A DNA stretch of 64,000 nt from Eutreptiella sp. 'Long Island Sound 2002' (Eukaryota > Protista > Euglenida). The notes under the pieces are model-generated. The model was given only the letters and a program-made list of their open reading frames with translations. It was not told where the DNA came from and searched no databases. The translations under genes and the position numbers were made by a program. Where the stretch lies: the NCBI GenBank assembly GCA_964036045.1, contig OZ038378.1, forward strand, positions 62,558,001 to 62,622,000, read 5' to 3'. Shown in pieces: positions 49,501 to 61,700 of the stretch. Positions within the stretch are counted from its first letter, which is position 1; every line of letters begins with the position of its first letter.

Positions 49501-51060
49501 ACTTCAGCCCCCGGAGGGTGTACACTTCCGAGAGCGTGCGCCAAGCGCATTTGGGCGCACGCAGGTTGAGGATGAGCTCGCAACACTCATCGGGGGGGAG
49601 CACCTCGGAGGCGTACTTGGCGATTGCCCCCTGCTGTATCTCTCGTACACAGTTGGGCCAAGCGCACGGCCACCGCAGATTGGCGGCGGGCGTGTGGAGA
49701 GGAGATGGCCCATTCCGCTATGAGCTCCCCAACAAGAACCCCGTCCCGGAGGCTAACAGCACTAGCCAAATGGACGAGGTGGGTGGTTAGTTGCGCAACG
49801 CGGGTGTGCGATCTAGGCATGATGAAGCTACAACAATGAACTATGAAGCGAAATTTGGCAATGCATACCTCTAGGGGAAGATGCCCGTAGACCCACCGAG
49901 TATTCAGGCAAGGAACAAATACCAAAATGGGACCCTAGGCATGGCCACAATGCACAAATCAAACGGGAGAATGGGGACGCCAACGTTGAAAAGTCATACA
50001 ACACTGCGTCTGAACTACAAGAAACAGCAGGCTTGCAAATGGATACGAAAAGTTCGAAATGTGTACACCTAGTGGAAGGTGGCACCAACGGCTCACAAGA
50101 TGTCAACATGGCCCCGATGGGAAAGACAAGCCTTGGACGCGTTATACATGCAAGAAAGAGACAAAAAACATCATTTACGAACTTGGAAACTCATGGTGAT
50201 GGATCTGGTTATCTGGCCTGCGACACTTGTTCCAGTGGTGTTCCCAACGAGATTGTTCCGTCGGGAATTGTTCCCATTGGGAATATTCTAGTCGGGAACA
50301 ACATTGGGTTTCAAACGCGCACCAAGGGCCCGCCTTCCGCATTTCGTTCCCGCACGCTGTCAGGATGGTGGGGTTGCAGCTGAAGGATGGGGGGCAGCTT
50401 GTGGGGCTGTACTCCTATCGGTTGTGGGGGGGGGGGGGGCATTGGAAACGGGAGACGGCGTTTCTGGGGAGGCAGGGGGTGGCTCAGGGACATAGGCTCG
50501 GCACAAGGTGATGTTGATCACCGGATTGAGGGGGTGGGTGGACCGCAAGGGGGCGCACATGGACCATGCATGGCTCTCGATGCGCTCCCTTGCGTAGGGG
50601 GAGCCCCGGTGCGCTCGGGGGAGTTGGGGGTGGTGGAGGTGGAGGGGGATGACGACAACGGGGGGCACGAGGACGCCCACGCCGTCGCGTGCCTACTTAT
50701 AGCATTGGCCCGCGTGTCACGCCTTGGACCTCTCCCTCATTTTATACAATACTTCACGAGCTACCGAGGTATGTACCGCCCAGGAGCATTCTGCGACCGA
50801 GGCCACCAGGTAGGCTACACAAACATAGATGGCAGCCTCAAACTTGGCGCTACGCCGCCGTGCCGCCCCGGCGCCGGGGCATACCGCCACCCCGCCATAT
50901 TGCCGCCGCCACGTGTGAACCGCCAACGCACGCATCACCGTGACCGCAAGCCGGGTGCCGAGGTCAAACGGTTAGGCTATGTACATGCCCGCAAGCACTG
51001 TCCCTCTAGTTTGCTCATGGGGCCATGGAATGCCCCAGTACCTCTCCGAGTTGGTTAAGG
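46560..51060 (+). pseudogene. Large decayed gene with PhyH-like 2OG-Fe(II) dioxygenase domain no. 2, a probable intron (48430-48606) and unknown C-terminal regions
   Basis: SGDQLA(R)T(E)TS (CGC/GAG, each one base from HxD), HSTFVALSP, GELLVIVNTALHQG. GAG|GTATGG...TTTGTAG intron. The reading frame rejoins across the TIR insertion at 48997-50328. Confidence 0.5.
48997..50328 (-). mobile_element. Internally deleted TIR transposon (copy D), 1,332 bp, perfect 34-bp TIRs, 2-bp TSD CC
   Basis: CCCTTGGTGCGCGTTTGAAACCCAATGTTGTTCC (48997-49030) and its exact reverse complement (50295-50328). The internal minus-strand fragment (~49340-49800) is homologous to the copy-B transposase N-terminus. Confidence 0.9.
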
Positions 51061-51069
51061 GGTCAGGGG

Positions 51070-53939
51070 GACACCCCAGTACCGCCAAGCGACCTCTTGA
51101 TACTCCCACCATAGTGCTCCCCAGTACCGCCGCGCGTCCCCAGTACTCCCACCATACTGGCCCCAGTACTGCCATGTGTACCCCTGTATCCCCGGTACAC
51201 AGTTCTTAGCGCCGCCATGCACCCCCCACGACTCCCATCACATCATCCCCCGTACCGCCACGCGTTCCCCAATACACCCACCATACGGTCCACCGTTCCA
51301 CCACGTTCAACCACGCCGACCCCATCACCTCTCCTCACTTTGCCACTCTCGGGGCCTTCAAGCGGCCCTTCTATCCCCCTACGCGGAACTCAGGGGCAGG
51401 GGGCGCCTCCTCACCCGCACCAATGCCCCCTCGGGGTCACGGGCAGGCCCAACGCCTCTTCTGCCGTATCAAGCGCCATCCGCCTGTTGCTCCCCATCCT
51501 CGCCCACTGCAACGCTTGAGGCGCTGCAGCTCTTTCTCGCTCCCACGCCGACTCAAAAACCCCCGGAGTAACCCGAGGAATCGCCCTCGCGACTGCCGGA
51601 ACCGGGACGTTCAGAGAACCCGGTGCCATGGGAATACCCTACAGGGGTTTGGGCCTTATTACCCTGGTGGGGACGACCCATGACACCTCACTGTAGTAAG
51701 CGGCGACCCGGGGCAGGCGGGCGAAGCACCACTTCCCCTACCGAACCTCTTGTACCGGGGCAGTACGGCTCACTGTCAGGCCGGCACGACTGTCACATCG
51801 CGTTGGCCGTCATACTCTGTCTGCCGTCGCCGCACGCTCCGGCTAAGAGGATACTACTGCCCATGAGCCGCCACCGCCGTCGTGCCCAGGGACGGTGGCA
51901 AGCACACCCACACCTCCCATACCCTATCAAGCTGCACCAAAGCCTCCTCACCACATCCCCTGTGATGCCACAACTAAAAAATCCGTGAGTCACCATCCAG
52001 AGCTGCCCACCACAGCAGTAGGGGCAGGGCCGCCGTCGGTGTACCGGGGCACTGCACCCCATCCACCCGGACGCTCCTCAGGTCACCCTGAATCGCCTTC
52101 CAGGCACTTGACAACAGCTGCCCAGAGTGACGCAGCGCTCACTTGGCTTTGGGCCACCCCCTACCGGCGCGCTCCTGACACGACCCACAGAGCGGGGCGG
52201 AGGCACACTGATGTACCGAAGCCGGTGCCGTCTCCCCGCACCGGCAGCACCGCAGCGGGAGCACCAACCGCGATGGGACGCAGCCGCCCCCACAGCACTG
52301 CGACCACATGTCCTGCCACACATCACAGCACGCCTCCTGGTGGCGAAGCAGCGCACCCGCCAGCGCGCGTGCAGTGGCACAATTGAGCAGGCCCCGTCTC
52401 GCTTCTTCCCATGTGGACGCTGGGCCGATGATGGGCTGTCCGCTCGACATCATCGGGAGGGTCTCGAGTAGCTGGGGCCTCTCAATACCTTGAGGCCTCG
52501 CGCGCCGTTCGTGAGGAGCTCCCAGCCATAGTCCTATATGATCTCCCCGATGACATCAACTCCGGCCAGCCCTCGGCCCTTGGCGGACGCGATTACCATG
52601 CGTTGTCCTCCCGACCGAGCCTCGACGACCGCCTTCAGGCTCAAGGCATCCATTGTGTGATGGGCGTCGGCAGCCACATTGTCATCTCCCTCAGGCAAGG
52701 ACAACAGCGCCTCCGTGATGTGTCCCTGCGCATCTTCCCCTTGGATCCGTGCAAAATGCTTGGACCCCACCAGCACTGCCAAGGACCGCTGCCCCGTCGC
52801 CGCCGGAATGACTCGCCGCAGCTGCCGGTCATACAGCCACATCGTTCCCACATCGAGCATGGTGGCCACTGCCAGAACCGGGAGGTCGCACAGAGGTTGC
52901 GGGAGGACCGTCAGCACCTCGGGAGGCCAGCCCATGATGTTTCCAACAGCCGGATGGTCTGCGAACACCTGGAGCCAAGGGTCACTCTGGCGGTCAGTGC
53001 CTCGCACCATGGTACCACGTATCGTGGCCCGGGATTGTGCAGACACCATACGGGACCGCTCCCGGAATGCAGGATAGTCTTGGACCATCGAGGGTTTGAT
53101 CCACTGGCTGAACGCCTGTGCCACGGCGGCCATCCAGTGGGGGAACGAGGACATGGCCTCCTCGTATGTGATGTACGACCTGGACACCAACAGCGCATGC
53201 AGCGGCGCCCTTTGAAAGGTCGCTTGCAGGTTGCCGGGGAGGCCGTCGAACGGGTTCCACGGCGGCTAATGTTGGACCCTCCCCGCTGGCGGACAGAAGG
53301 GGGTGTCCCCCCGCAGGAACGCGTACACGGCCCTCCTTCGATCTTGCATCGGTAGCCGCATGATCTGAGTGAGCTGATGGTTCCTCCGGGCGTACACATC
53401 TTCCCCAATCTGGATCATGTCCTCCACGAAGAGCTTGGCCTTCGCAGGGCCCCTGGAGGACGCTGCCCGCACCGTCGCGAAGATTGGTTTTAGGTCCCGA
53501 GGGACGACACCCGCAATCAGGGACTCCGTCTTCCTGCAGCCGTGCTCTTTCCAAGCCAAGAACTCCATCGCTTTGTCCGTCAAGGAAAGCTCCGCAGTGA
53601 ACTCCTCCACGCGCTCACACAAGAGCCGCGCCACCTCCTTGTCTCCTGCGCACACAGTAAGCGCATGTGGCCAATGTCCTCCTCGGGCCCCCCATAGAAG
53701 ATATAGGGGTGGGCCGGGACCGCTGCACGGGGGAGTTTTTGCCTCCACCGCCGCATGACCCACTGCCCCGAAATCCTGGTTGACCGGTATCCCCGGTCCT
53801 CTGGGTCCTCCGTCATGCTGTGGGCCACCTCAGGCAGCCCCGGGACCCGTGGGATCGAGCAAGGCGGGAACCACGTGTCGGTGCGAGATGCCCGGTAACT
53901 CCAGTAGACGGCATGATAAGTGGTTATGACCATGAGTAT

Positions 53940-54022
<83 letters not shown>

Positions 54023-54065
54023 CATATATGTATATATATATATATATATTTATACATATATATAT

Positions 54066-54100
<35 letters not shown>

Positions 54101-54190
54101 CATATATATCCTCTAATCCACACCCCTCTCCGCAACTGTAGGTAGCTCCACCGTATAGTCTCTCAGGTACGTGCCAAGGGTACAAGATGG
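51070..54190 (-). mobile_element. 3' part of a non-LTR retrotransposon with a zf-RVT-like knuckle and a long C-terminal extension
   Basis: (Y)IF(Y)[14 protein letters not shown] (~53648-53709; degenerate Cx2Cx8Hx4C) continues through ORFs 53266..53763 and 52534..53190 into Cys-rich segments. Short CCCAGTAC repeats at ~51070-51200 are a possible 3' tail. Confidence 0.55.
53941..54108. repeat. Compound (AT)n/(AC)n microsatellite
   Basis: Directly visible; produces the YIYIY ORFs. Confidence 0.98.
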
Positions 54191-54244
54191 GGCATACATG
54201 TGACGGAAGGGGCTCAACTAGGTCGAAGCTGCCTCAAAACGGTC

Positions 54245-54790
54245 TCATTTGACTTGCTTGTGCACCTCGAATGGTCCAGGAACAGCTTTGGAAAAACGCG
54301 TTTTTGACCGGTTTTGACCTATTTTTGGAGATTTTTGGTACCAAAACGACCCATTACCAAGGCATTCTGGGATGTTGAATGTCCCATAACGCGTCACCAC
54401 AGACTCCAAATGGGCGAAAAATACTTGTTTGAGGAACCCCAATGGTCCAAGAACACTTTTGGTAAAACGAGTTTTGACCCATTTTCGACCCATTTTGGAT
54501 CTCAAAACGGCCCATTTTTAAACAGATATGGCATTTTTCATGGCCCAAAACTCGTGAACATGGGCTCAAAACGGGCTAAAAACACTTGTTGGAGCATCCG
54601 AAAAGGCCTAGGATCGCTTTTGGGAACAGGCATTTATGACCCATTTCTGAGCCATTTTTGGTCCCAAAACGGCCAATTTTCACGGCATTCTGGGAATTTA
54701 CATGGGGCAAAGCGCGTCACCACGGGCTCAAAATGGGCTAAAAATACTTGTGGGAGCATCCCAAGTGGTCTAACAAAAACTTTGGAAAAA
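54245..54790. repeat. ~161-bp diverged tandem repeat, about 3.5 copies
   Basis: TTTTGACCCATTTT...CAAAACGGCC...AAAATGGGCTAAAAA(C/T)ACTTG recurs at ~54311, ~54471 and ~54633. Confidence 0.85.
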
Positions 54791-55426
54791 AATTTTTTTT
54801 TTGCCCCGGGCACCCTGGTGGACCCACCAATGGTTCTCCACCGTGTGCGGGCAGGGCTACCCTTCGGCTCCACCAAGTGACCACCGGTACGGGGGTCCGG
54901 GCGTCTCGATGGACGACTCGGAGGCTTGAAAACCACCAAAAGTGGGGGGTTCCGGGTGGACTAGTTGCCCTCAGAATTCGGATTCGAGGCACGTAGCCCA
55001 AGATAGGTCCCGTTCTTGGTTTTGGGGCTGTTTGACAAAAACAGCGCACTTTCGCGGCCATTTGTAGCCATTTTTGTGCCGTTTCACGGAAATATTGCGG
55101 AGTTAGAGGGCAACAAAGGGCTCGTTGCCATGAGGAAGTCAAAGCACACAAGAGGTGCACTAAGCAAATCCCTTCGTTGGTCCGCTTTGACTGGGTTTCA
55201 CGGCCCTTTTGGGAAAAAAAGAGCTGTTTTGGGGCACAAAATGGGCAGTTCTGGGAGGGCACCTCCTCACTTGGTGCCCCCGCTGCGGGGCGCCACCGGT
55301 GGGTTTTTGGCTGAAAGCATGGATTTTGCAAGGCCACCACCTAGGCTGTAGGATGGCTAATAGTGAGTAGAGTGGAGCCCACAGCCATGAAGCGGAGCAA
55401 TGGCCCAAACCGAAAGGAGAAGTGCT

Positions 55427-55525
55427 TGCTTGCTTGCTTGCTTGTTCCTTGCTTGCTTGCTTGCTTGTTGCTTGTTAGCTAGGTTTAAGGGGAGAGGGGT
55501 GTAGTAATATATAAGTACATATGTA

Positions 55526-55552
<27 letters not shown>
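55427..55552. repeat. (GCTT)n and (GT)n microsatellites
   Basis: Directly visible. Confidence 0.95.
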
Positions 55553-55556
<4 letters not shown>

Positions 55557-55639
55557 ATCATTGTGGCACACCACCTCCATCAACAATTCAAACCTGATGG
55601 TGTGGGGATTGGGGACAATATCCAGTCTCGTTAATAGGA

Positions 55640-56260
55640 TTTTGGCGACCACCTCCACCACCAACCAAGATCCGGTGCAATGGGGATTTTTGATCATGTC
55701 TCGTCCTCGTAATTGGTTTCTTGTGCTCTTAAACGCGGTCCACATACAAGCAATACCGACGCTTTAAAGATCTTGGGTCATGTCACGTTGGGTTAGTCGT
55801 GTGCTTGTACTCCTCTATACCACAACGCCCCAACCACCGGCTACCTACATGCTTGCCGCTTCCACACATGGGTAGGGCTACTGGCGACGACACTCCGCGG
55901 CTTTCAAAATCAAAGCCAAATCAAAAGTCCGGCCATTCGACCCCCGCAGTTTAGGAACGATGGCAAGGCGGGGCTTCCAGGGTACATCGGAAAAACCGCC
56001 ACTCAACGACTCTATCCTTTGTTCTGCAAGTAGGTTTTGCTTTGAGTAGTTTACCATTATCTTACAACCTTGATTGGAATGGGACCAATGGATGCTCATC
56101 ATGAGACAAGGCAACGTTGTACGAATTTGGGCTGTTTCATTTTCATTATAGGAGATGATCTCCATCAATGGCTCATGATTTAAGTGTGCATTGGTCAAAG
56201 TAGATTCTCTGCGAGGTGGACTTCCCGCAGGCAATAGAAAATTTTCCGGGTCCCGACGCA
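55640..56260 (-). pseudogene. Possible DIRS/Ngaro- or Ty3-type reverse transcriptase remnant
   Basis: LLAEQRIESLSGGFSDVPWKPRLAIVPKLRGSNGRTFDL resembles the ll..g.Ie...VPK..G..R...DL RT motif. Downstream GSWLVVEVVAKILLTRLDIVP resembles the LDxxxAY region. Confidence 0.35.
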
Positions 56261-56529
56261 ATGGGGTTTGTATGGGGCATTGTGGGACTAGCGCTCATGC
56301 AGTTAATGCAAAGTTCTGCCATTTTTGCTATGTTGGCGGTTTTGGCAACTTGGGTGACCCCGTGCTACCCTTTCCGACGGGTGTGAGTGGTAATGTCATG
56401 ACAATATGTGCCTACTAGGACACCAAAAGCCGTTTTTTGCAGTCTGTAGCCTTGCCGAGGGCCGGTCCAAACCCGTGCCAAACACGCGAAATGACTATTT
56501 CCGCCAATACTGCCTTAAATGAGTCAATG

Positions 56530-56935
56530 GGCCAGCCCACAACCTGGTGATGCGGTTTTTCAGCCATGACTGCTCAAAAATCGAAGTTTCCGCAACTTAG
56601 TTTTTTGACATCATGACTACGCAAAATGACCTTCCAAGGTATGTAAAGCATGTTTTGGTCCATATTTACATGTTTTTCACCTCATTTGGGTATTGGGCGC
56701 GCGGGGTTGGGGTCTCCCAAGGGATTAGTTCACAACCTGCTAATGCAGTTTTTCACCCTCGGCAGCTCAAAAATCGAAGCTTTTGAAACTCATATTTTTG
56801 ACATTTTAATCACCCAAAATTAACATCCATAGTATGTAAAGCATGTTTTAGGTCATATTTATGTGGTTGTCACCCTATTATATTGGGAGAGAGGGGGGGC
56901 TCACAAGGGATTGGTACACTACCTGCTAGTGATCA
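56530..56935. repeat. ~190-bp direct repeat, two copies plus a partial third
   Basis: CACAACCTG...GCTCAAAAATCGAAG...GTATGTAAAGCATGTTTT at 56538 and 56731; CACTACCTG at 56917. Confidence 0.85.
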
Positions 56936-57289
56936 CCTACAATGAGGATCCACAATATTCCCTTGGCTATAGTTCTAGGGGGCGCGTAGGACGACGGAGA
57001 CACTCTAGTGGCAAAAGTGGATCTTGGGGTTTTCGAGGGTGCCCGGCGCAATGGTTAAGTCCGTTTTTTCCAATTTTGAGGTTTTCTAGGGTAGAACCAC
57101 TTTTTGGGGGGCGGCTCCAGTGTCCTGCATGTCCCGGGTGTCGTGCTTTTGCCCTGTGTGTGCCCTGCGTGTCGCGTGCGTTCCGGGCATCTCGCCCGTT
57201 GGCTCTACTTGTGGCTCTCAGGTAAGATTTTGTGTTCTGTGTGTCGTGTGTGTCCTGTCTCTGTTCGTACACTTGATAGCATATATGAT

Positions 57290-58545
57290 GGAGCACAGCA
57301 ACTTGGTGCCATGAAGCTTTTTGGGAACGATGCCTCGAAAGGAAAATCAATCCTCCTATTTCTACGCCATTGTATTCTACGGTGTATCTCTATTGACGAA
57401 ATTAGTATGATGGGTCCTCGACTTCTATGAAAATTTGAGGAACGATTCCGCACACTCACCCAAAAGGCGGTAACATAGAAGTGTGATCCGGATGGGACAA
57501 TACCTCCTTTCGGGGAATTCAACATCATTTTTTGTGGGTATTTTTGGCACATACTACCACCACGAGAGGAGTTCTCTCTTATGTTAGTGCCACCATCCAT
57601 GACTCATGAGTCCACAGAGAAGAACCCTTGTGCCCTAACATCCCATGGACTGATCCTCTTATCGGGCAACGCATCCCAAGGTGTTCCAGGAATGACGGAA
57701 TGAATCAAAATTATGAACTTTCAAGGAGACCTTGGTCTCCAAGCTGCCTTGGAAGAGTGCCGTCATGGTAAACTATGTAATGAGACATACAAATGGCTCA
57801 TGCAATTCGTTCTTTGTGGGCCGGATGATCCCTGCTTGACGAGCAAGCATTTTTCCCGTGCAAAAATGATTCTCCCTACAAAGAACCCAAAATGCGCAAT
57901 CAATAAGCAACACGCTATTCTGTACGCTTATTCAAATAAACGACATCTACCTTGGTGTCCCGCATTTAATCGACCAACCACAGACAACATCACCAAAACG
58001 GATGCGGACACCCGTATACTTTGGTTACAATACCATGATTGTTGGACTGCAGACTTATATGGCGTCTTAACTTTAGTACAAGGATTGCCGATAGCATTAA
58101 CCGAACAAATTGACCGCTCTATCCAAAAGAATGAGGTATGTGCGACGGAGGCCTTTCTTGATAGTCAGAACTACACCCACGTGAGAACTCCGTGCAAGAT
58201 AAAGCCGGTGTACATATTCTACGTTATGTACTCGTGGTGCTTTTGATTCAAACACCTGGTTCCAATTGGATAGTCCGAGGCTTAACAAGACCCGGCCTTT
58301 ACCCGATTGTTCCAACTTCAAAGATATGGTACGTAGATAAGAACAAGAAAAACCCCGTTTTAGGTGTTAGGCGCCGTCAGTTTCCTATTGGTCCCGCATT
58401 AGCCATTACTAGCCAAAGTTCCGAAGGTCAAACCTCAAATGCTGCGATTATAGACTTCATAGCCGATGACCCTATTATGTGCTATGTTACACTTAGTCGG
58501 GTTCGCTCCGCTTCGGATTCGCTCATCTATTGTCTTTTTCCAAAG
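57290..58545 (+). pseudogene. PIF1-family helicase relic (Helitron-type RepHel C-terminus or standalone)
   Basis: ISIDEISMMG (motif II), NIIFCG(Y)FWHILPP (III), LTLVQGLPIALTEQID, RRQFPIGPALAITSQSSEGQT and CYVTLSRVRS (V/VI). Stops and frameshifts present. Confidence 0.85.
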
Positions 58546-58749
58546 TGGTCGCGCCCGTTGGCTCTGCTTGTGGCTCTCGAGTAAGATTTTGTGGTCTGCG
58601 TGTCTTGCGTGTCCTGCAATGTGCAATTAAGGGCACGGGCCGTCAACACTGAGGAGGGTTGGCGCCCCTGAGGCCTGAGGGTTATCGGTAGGCCTTGCAG
58701 GGACCGCTTGCCACTAGCAGGTGTGTCCTTTTGTAGGGTTGTTTATTTG

Positions 58750-61700
58750 CTCTCATGGCCAGATGAAAGCGTAGACGAGGGAGGCACCGAAAGCACATGA
58801 GGATGGTAGAAGCGGTTGCCCGCGGGCGGCACGCACGTACCGCACCATTTCAAGCCAAGCTGCGGGATGTTGTGGGAAGGGTGCCAGTTCCCCGTGTCAT
58901 TCTTCGGAACGGGGTGTGTTTGTATGTCCGGACAGCTGTGTCGCAGGCAAATGGGGCAGCCGTTTTGGCTCGTGCATCGGAGGACATTGCGCTTCGTTCG
59001 AGAGGGATCGCTGAACAACAAATCTCAGATGAAGGCAACCCAAATGTGAACGTTGTTGTCAAACATATGTGCAATGACGTTTGGGAAGTGAAAGTTGGCA
59101 TGGACCGCACAATGTTGTCTTTCACCAATTTCAATGCTGGACGTTTGACCCAAAGCCCTTACGTCTAGGTGCAGGGTCCAATGGCCCTGACTGTCAGGAT
59201 TGCCCACCTGTTTCATGCCTGACATTCATCGGTGATGTAGCCTTTGTGGCCGTCGAACGCTAGCGGACTTTGGGCATGGTGCTTTTGCGTGTCTTGCTGC
59301 CCAACGGTTTCTGATGTTACTATGGCGACTCACTTGTATTAGAGAGAATTTCAACCGGAAGGGACATATTTGGAAATACTGAACCCCAGCAGTATGGAAA
59401 CAGTGACGCCGGATTGCAACACAGCAATGGTTTTCCAGATCTGGCAACAGAAGAGTATGTGCCACGACCCTGTGGGTTTGTCCCGGTACTGATTCATGGT
59501 GTTGCATGTCCTCCGCGTTCGGGATGTGTGTCTCTGCCCTGTCTCTGGGGCCACTGCTACTCCTCAGGAACGTCGTGCACGTCGCACGCGTTGTCTCCAA
59601 GTGTGGCTTTGGAACTGGATGCACGTGGGGCGCGTCTTCGCCGTTCTGTCTCGGCTGCGAATCGTCGGACACACGGGGGTATCAGGCAGCCTGGCTGCAG
59701 CATTGCATACAATGAATGAAAAAGGTAAGAAGGTGACCCAGATGAAGGCGTGCACGTACCAAGTTGGTAGTGCCAAGCATGAGGTGTACAATTTCACAAC
59801 CCTGGGAAATGTGAGGATCCGCTTGGCCAAGCACAAGAAGGGGTGCTTTTGGGGATTTGTGGCAAATGAGGATGACAAGGAGGACAAAAAGAAAAAGAAG
59901 AAGAAGAAGGCCTAACTAGCAAAGCCGGAGGAGCAGCCGATGGAGCTGAAGGACAAGAAGATGGAGAAAGGAAAGCCGCAAAAATTAGCAATGAAAAAGC
60001 CGAAGATGGTGGCGGAGGACGACGAGATCCTTCAGATCAAGCCGATGCGCAAGACTCCACGGTCCACGGTGCTGCAGTAGGAGGACGATGCCGATGATGC
60101 AGACCAAAGTGAGGACAAAAGCACCTCATCACCCAGTGGAATGGGCAGCTCATCATCATCATCATCATCATCGTCCAGCAACACAAGAAGTTCCTCCACT
60201 AGAACGGACTCCCCTTTGCTTTGGGCTAATGAGGAGGCGGTTCGCGTAAAGCACGAGAAGGCTGCCGAAAAAAACCGAGAAGCCGCACTTCAGGGTCCGG
60301 GGCCGTGCACTGCGTTTGCCTGCAGGGCCCACCGGAATGGACAAATTTCGCAACGACAAACAGTTTTGGGACAACTTGGAGCTGTTGGAGGATTTTTTGC
60401 AGTGGGATGCCGATGTAAGTCATGTTGGTCGCCTTGTCCACCACTACAAGAATTGCCTAAAGATTGCAGCAGGTGACATGGGTGTCATGCATGTTGCCTC
60501 CGCGTTGGCTGTACAACCGTCCCGGGTCCTCCCGAACATCGCGGACGTCCCGCACGTTATCTGTACTATTGGCTTTGGAGCTATCTCCCTGTCCTACGTG
60601 TTGTGTGCGTTTTGCATCATAGACCGTCAAGACCTGGGTTTGTCCGTGGTGTACCTCTGCAAGGCTGCGCCGCGGTGCATTCAGACGGTGTTGGAGTGCG
60701 GAGTCAAGAATGCTCTGTCATCCACCAAGGCGGCCATGTATCTGAACGAGCGGTACCCGACAGCCGGAGCCGATGGCGCGGCTCGTTGCATTGTGCGGGG
60801 CATGGGATCTTGCACCAAGGGGTGTGCGGATGCACCCCGTTTCGACGACAAGCCACAGAAGGAGAAGGAGGCGGAGGCAGTGCCCCTCATCAAGCTACGC
60901 AGTGAGGATGCGTAGGTAGCATTGCGTGGTTGCGGAGGTGGAGCTCAGCGGCGACATGGCGAGGTGTTCTGGAATGTTTCGCGCATTCGTGCTCCAGATC
61001 TCATGGAACTGAGCAAGGGGTTCTTGTGAGTTGGTATGCGGGCACCATTAAGGCGGCCGGTCTGATGCGGTATCCGCTAGAGTGAGAGTACAATGAGCTG
61101 AACGACGTTGACAACAAGGCGTGGGTCTTGGTGACGCGACACAAGCTGCCACAATTTGCCGAGGCCAACAAAAAGCGACGGGTGTGTGCTGGTGGCTTAC
61201 TTTTGCAATGTTTTGTTCCACGTGTCCTGGAAGTCTCATGTTGTCTCCGGTCGTGGCTCCGGAGGTGTCCACACGTCTCACACGTTCCGGGCGTTGGCTT
61301 CTGTTGTGGCTCTAGAAGTATCAACATGTCTTGGACGTCCTCTCTGCAGCTTGAGAGAGAGCGTAGGGCTTTCCACCTCCCCCACCACACGTTTTTGGAA
61401 ACTAGGGCTATGGGAGCCACACTGTCAATTACGGCAGCACGCTGTTCGATCAGTATGGTGGCCGGTATCACTGAAGTGGAATGGACAACAGCTTGCAGCA
61501 CCCCAAGTTACCACAAGGGCCGTCACCGCCGCCGCCGCCGATGGATGACTCACCAAACGATGACCCTTTGCCCCATGTTAAGGTTCGCACTCGGCAGTGT
61601 TGGTCTTCAACGTCGGCAGTGCTCTAGCGTTGTGGCTGTTGAGCACTGCTCGTCTTCTATGTTCTTTGTGCCATGTCCAAAGTGTTTAGTCCACTTCCAA
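58750..61700 (+). pseudogene. Unassigned decayed coding region, including a Lys/Asp-rich linker and a 199-aa open segment (60316..60915)
   Basis: Successive + strand ORFs (58797, 59496, 60316, 61128) read as globular protein interrupted by stops. No family recognised. Confidence 0.35.

Noticed and set aside
53580-54141. YIYIY-rich hydrophobic ORFs
   Set aside because: They are translations of the AT/AC microsatellite.
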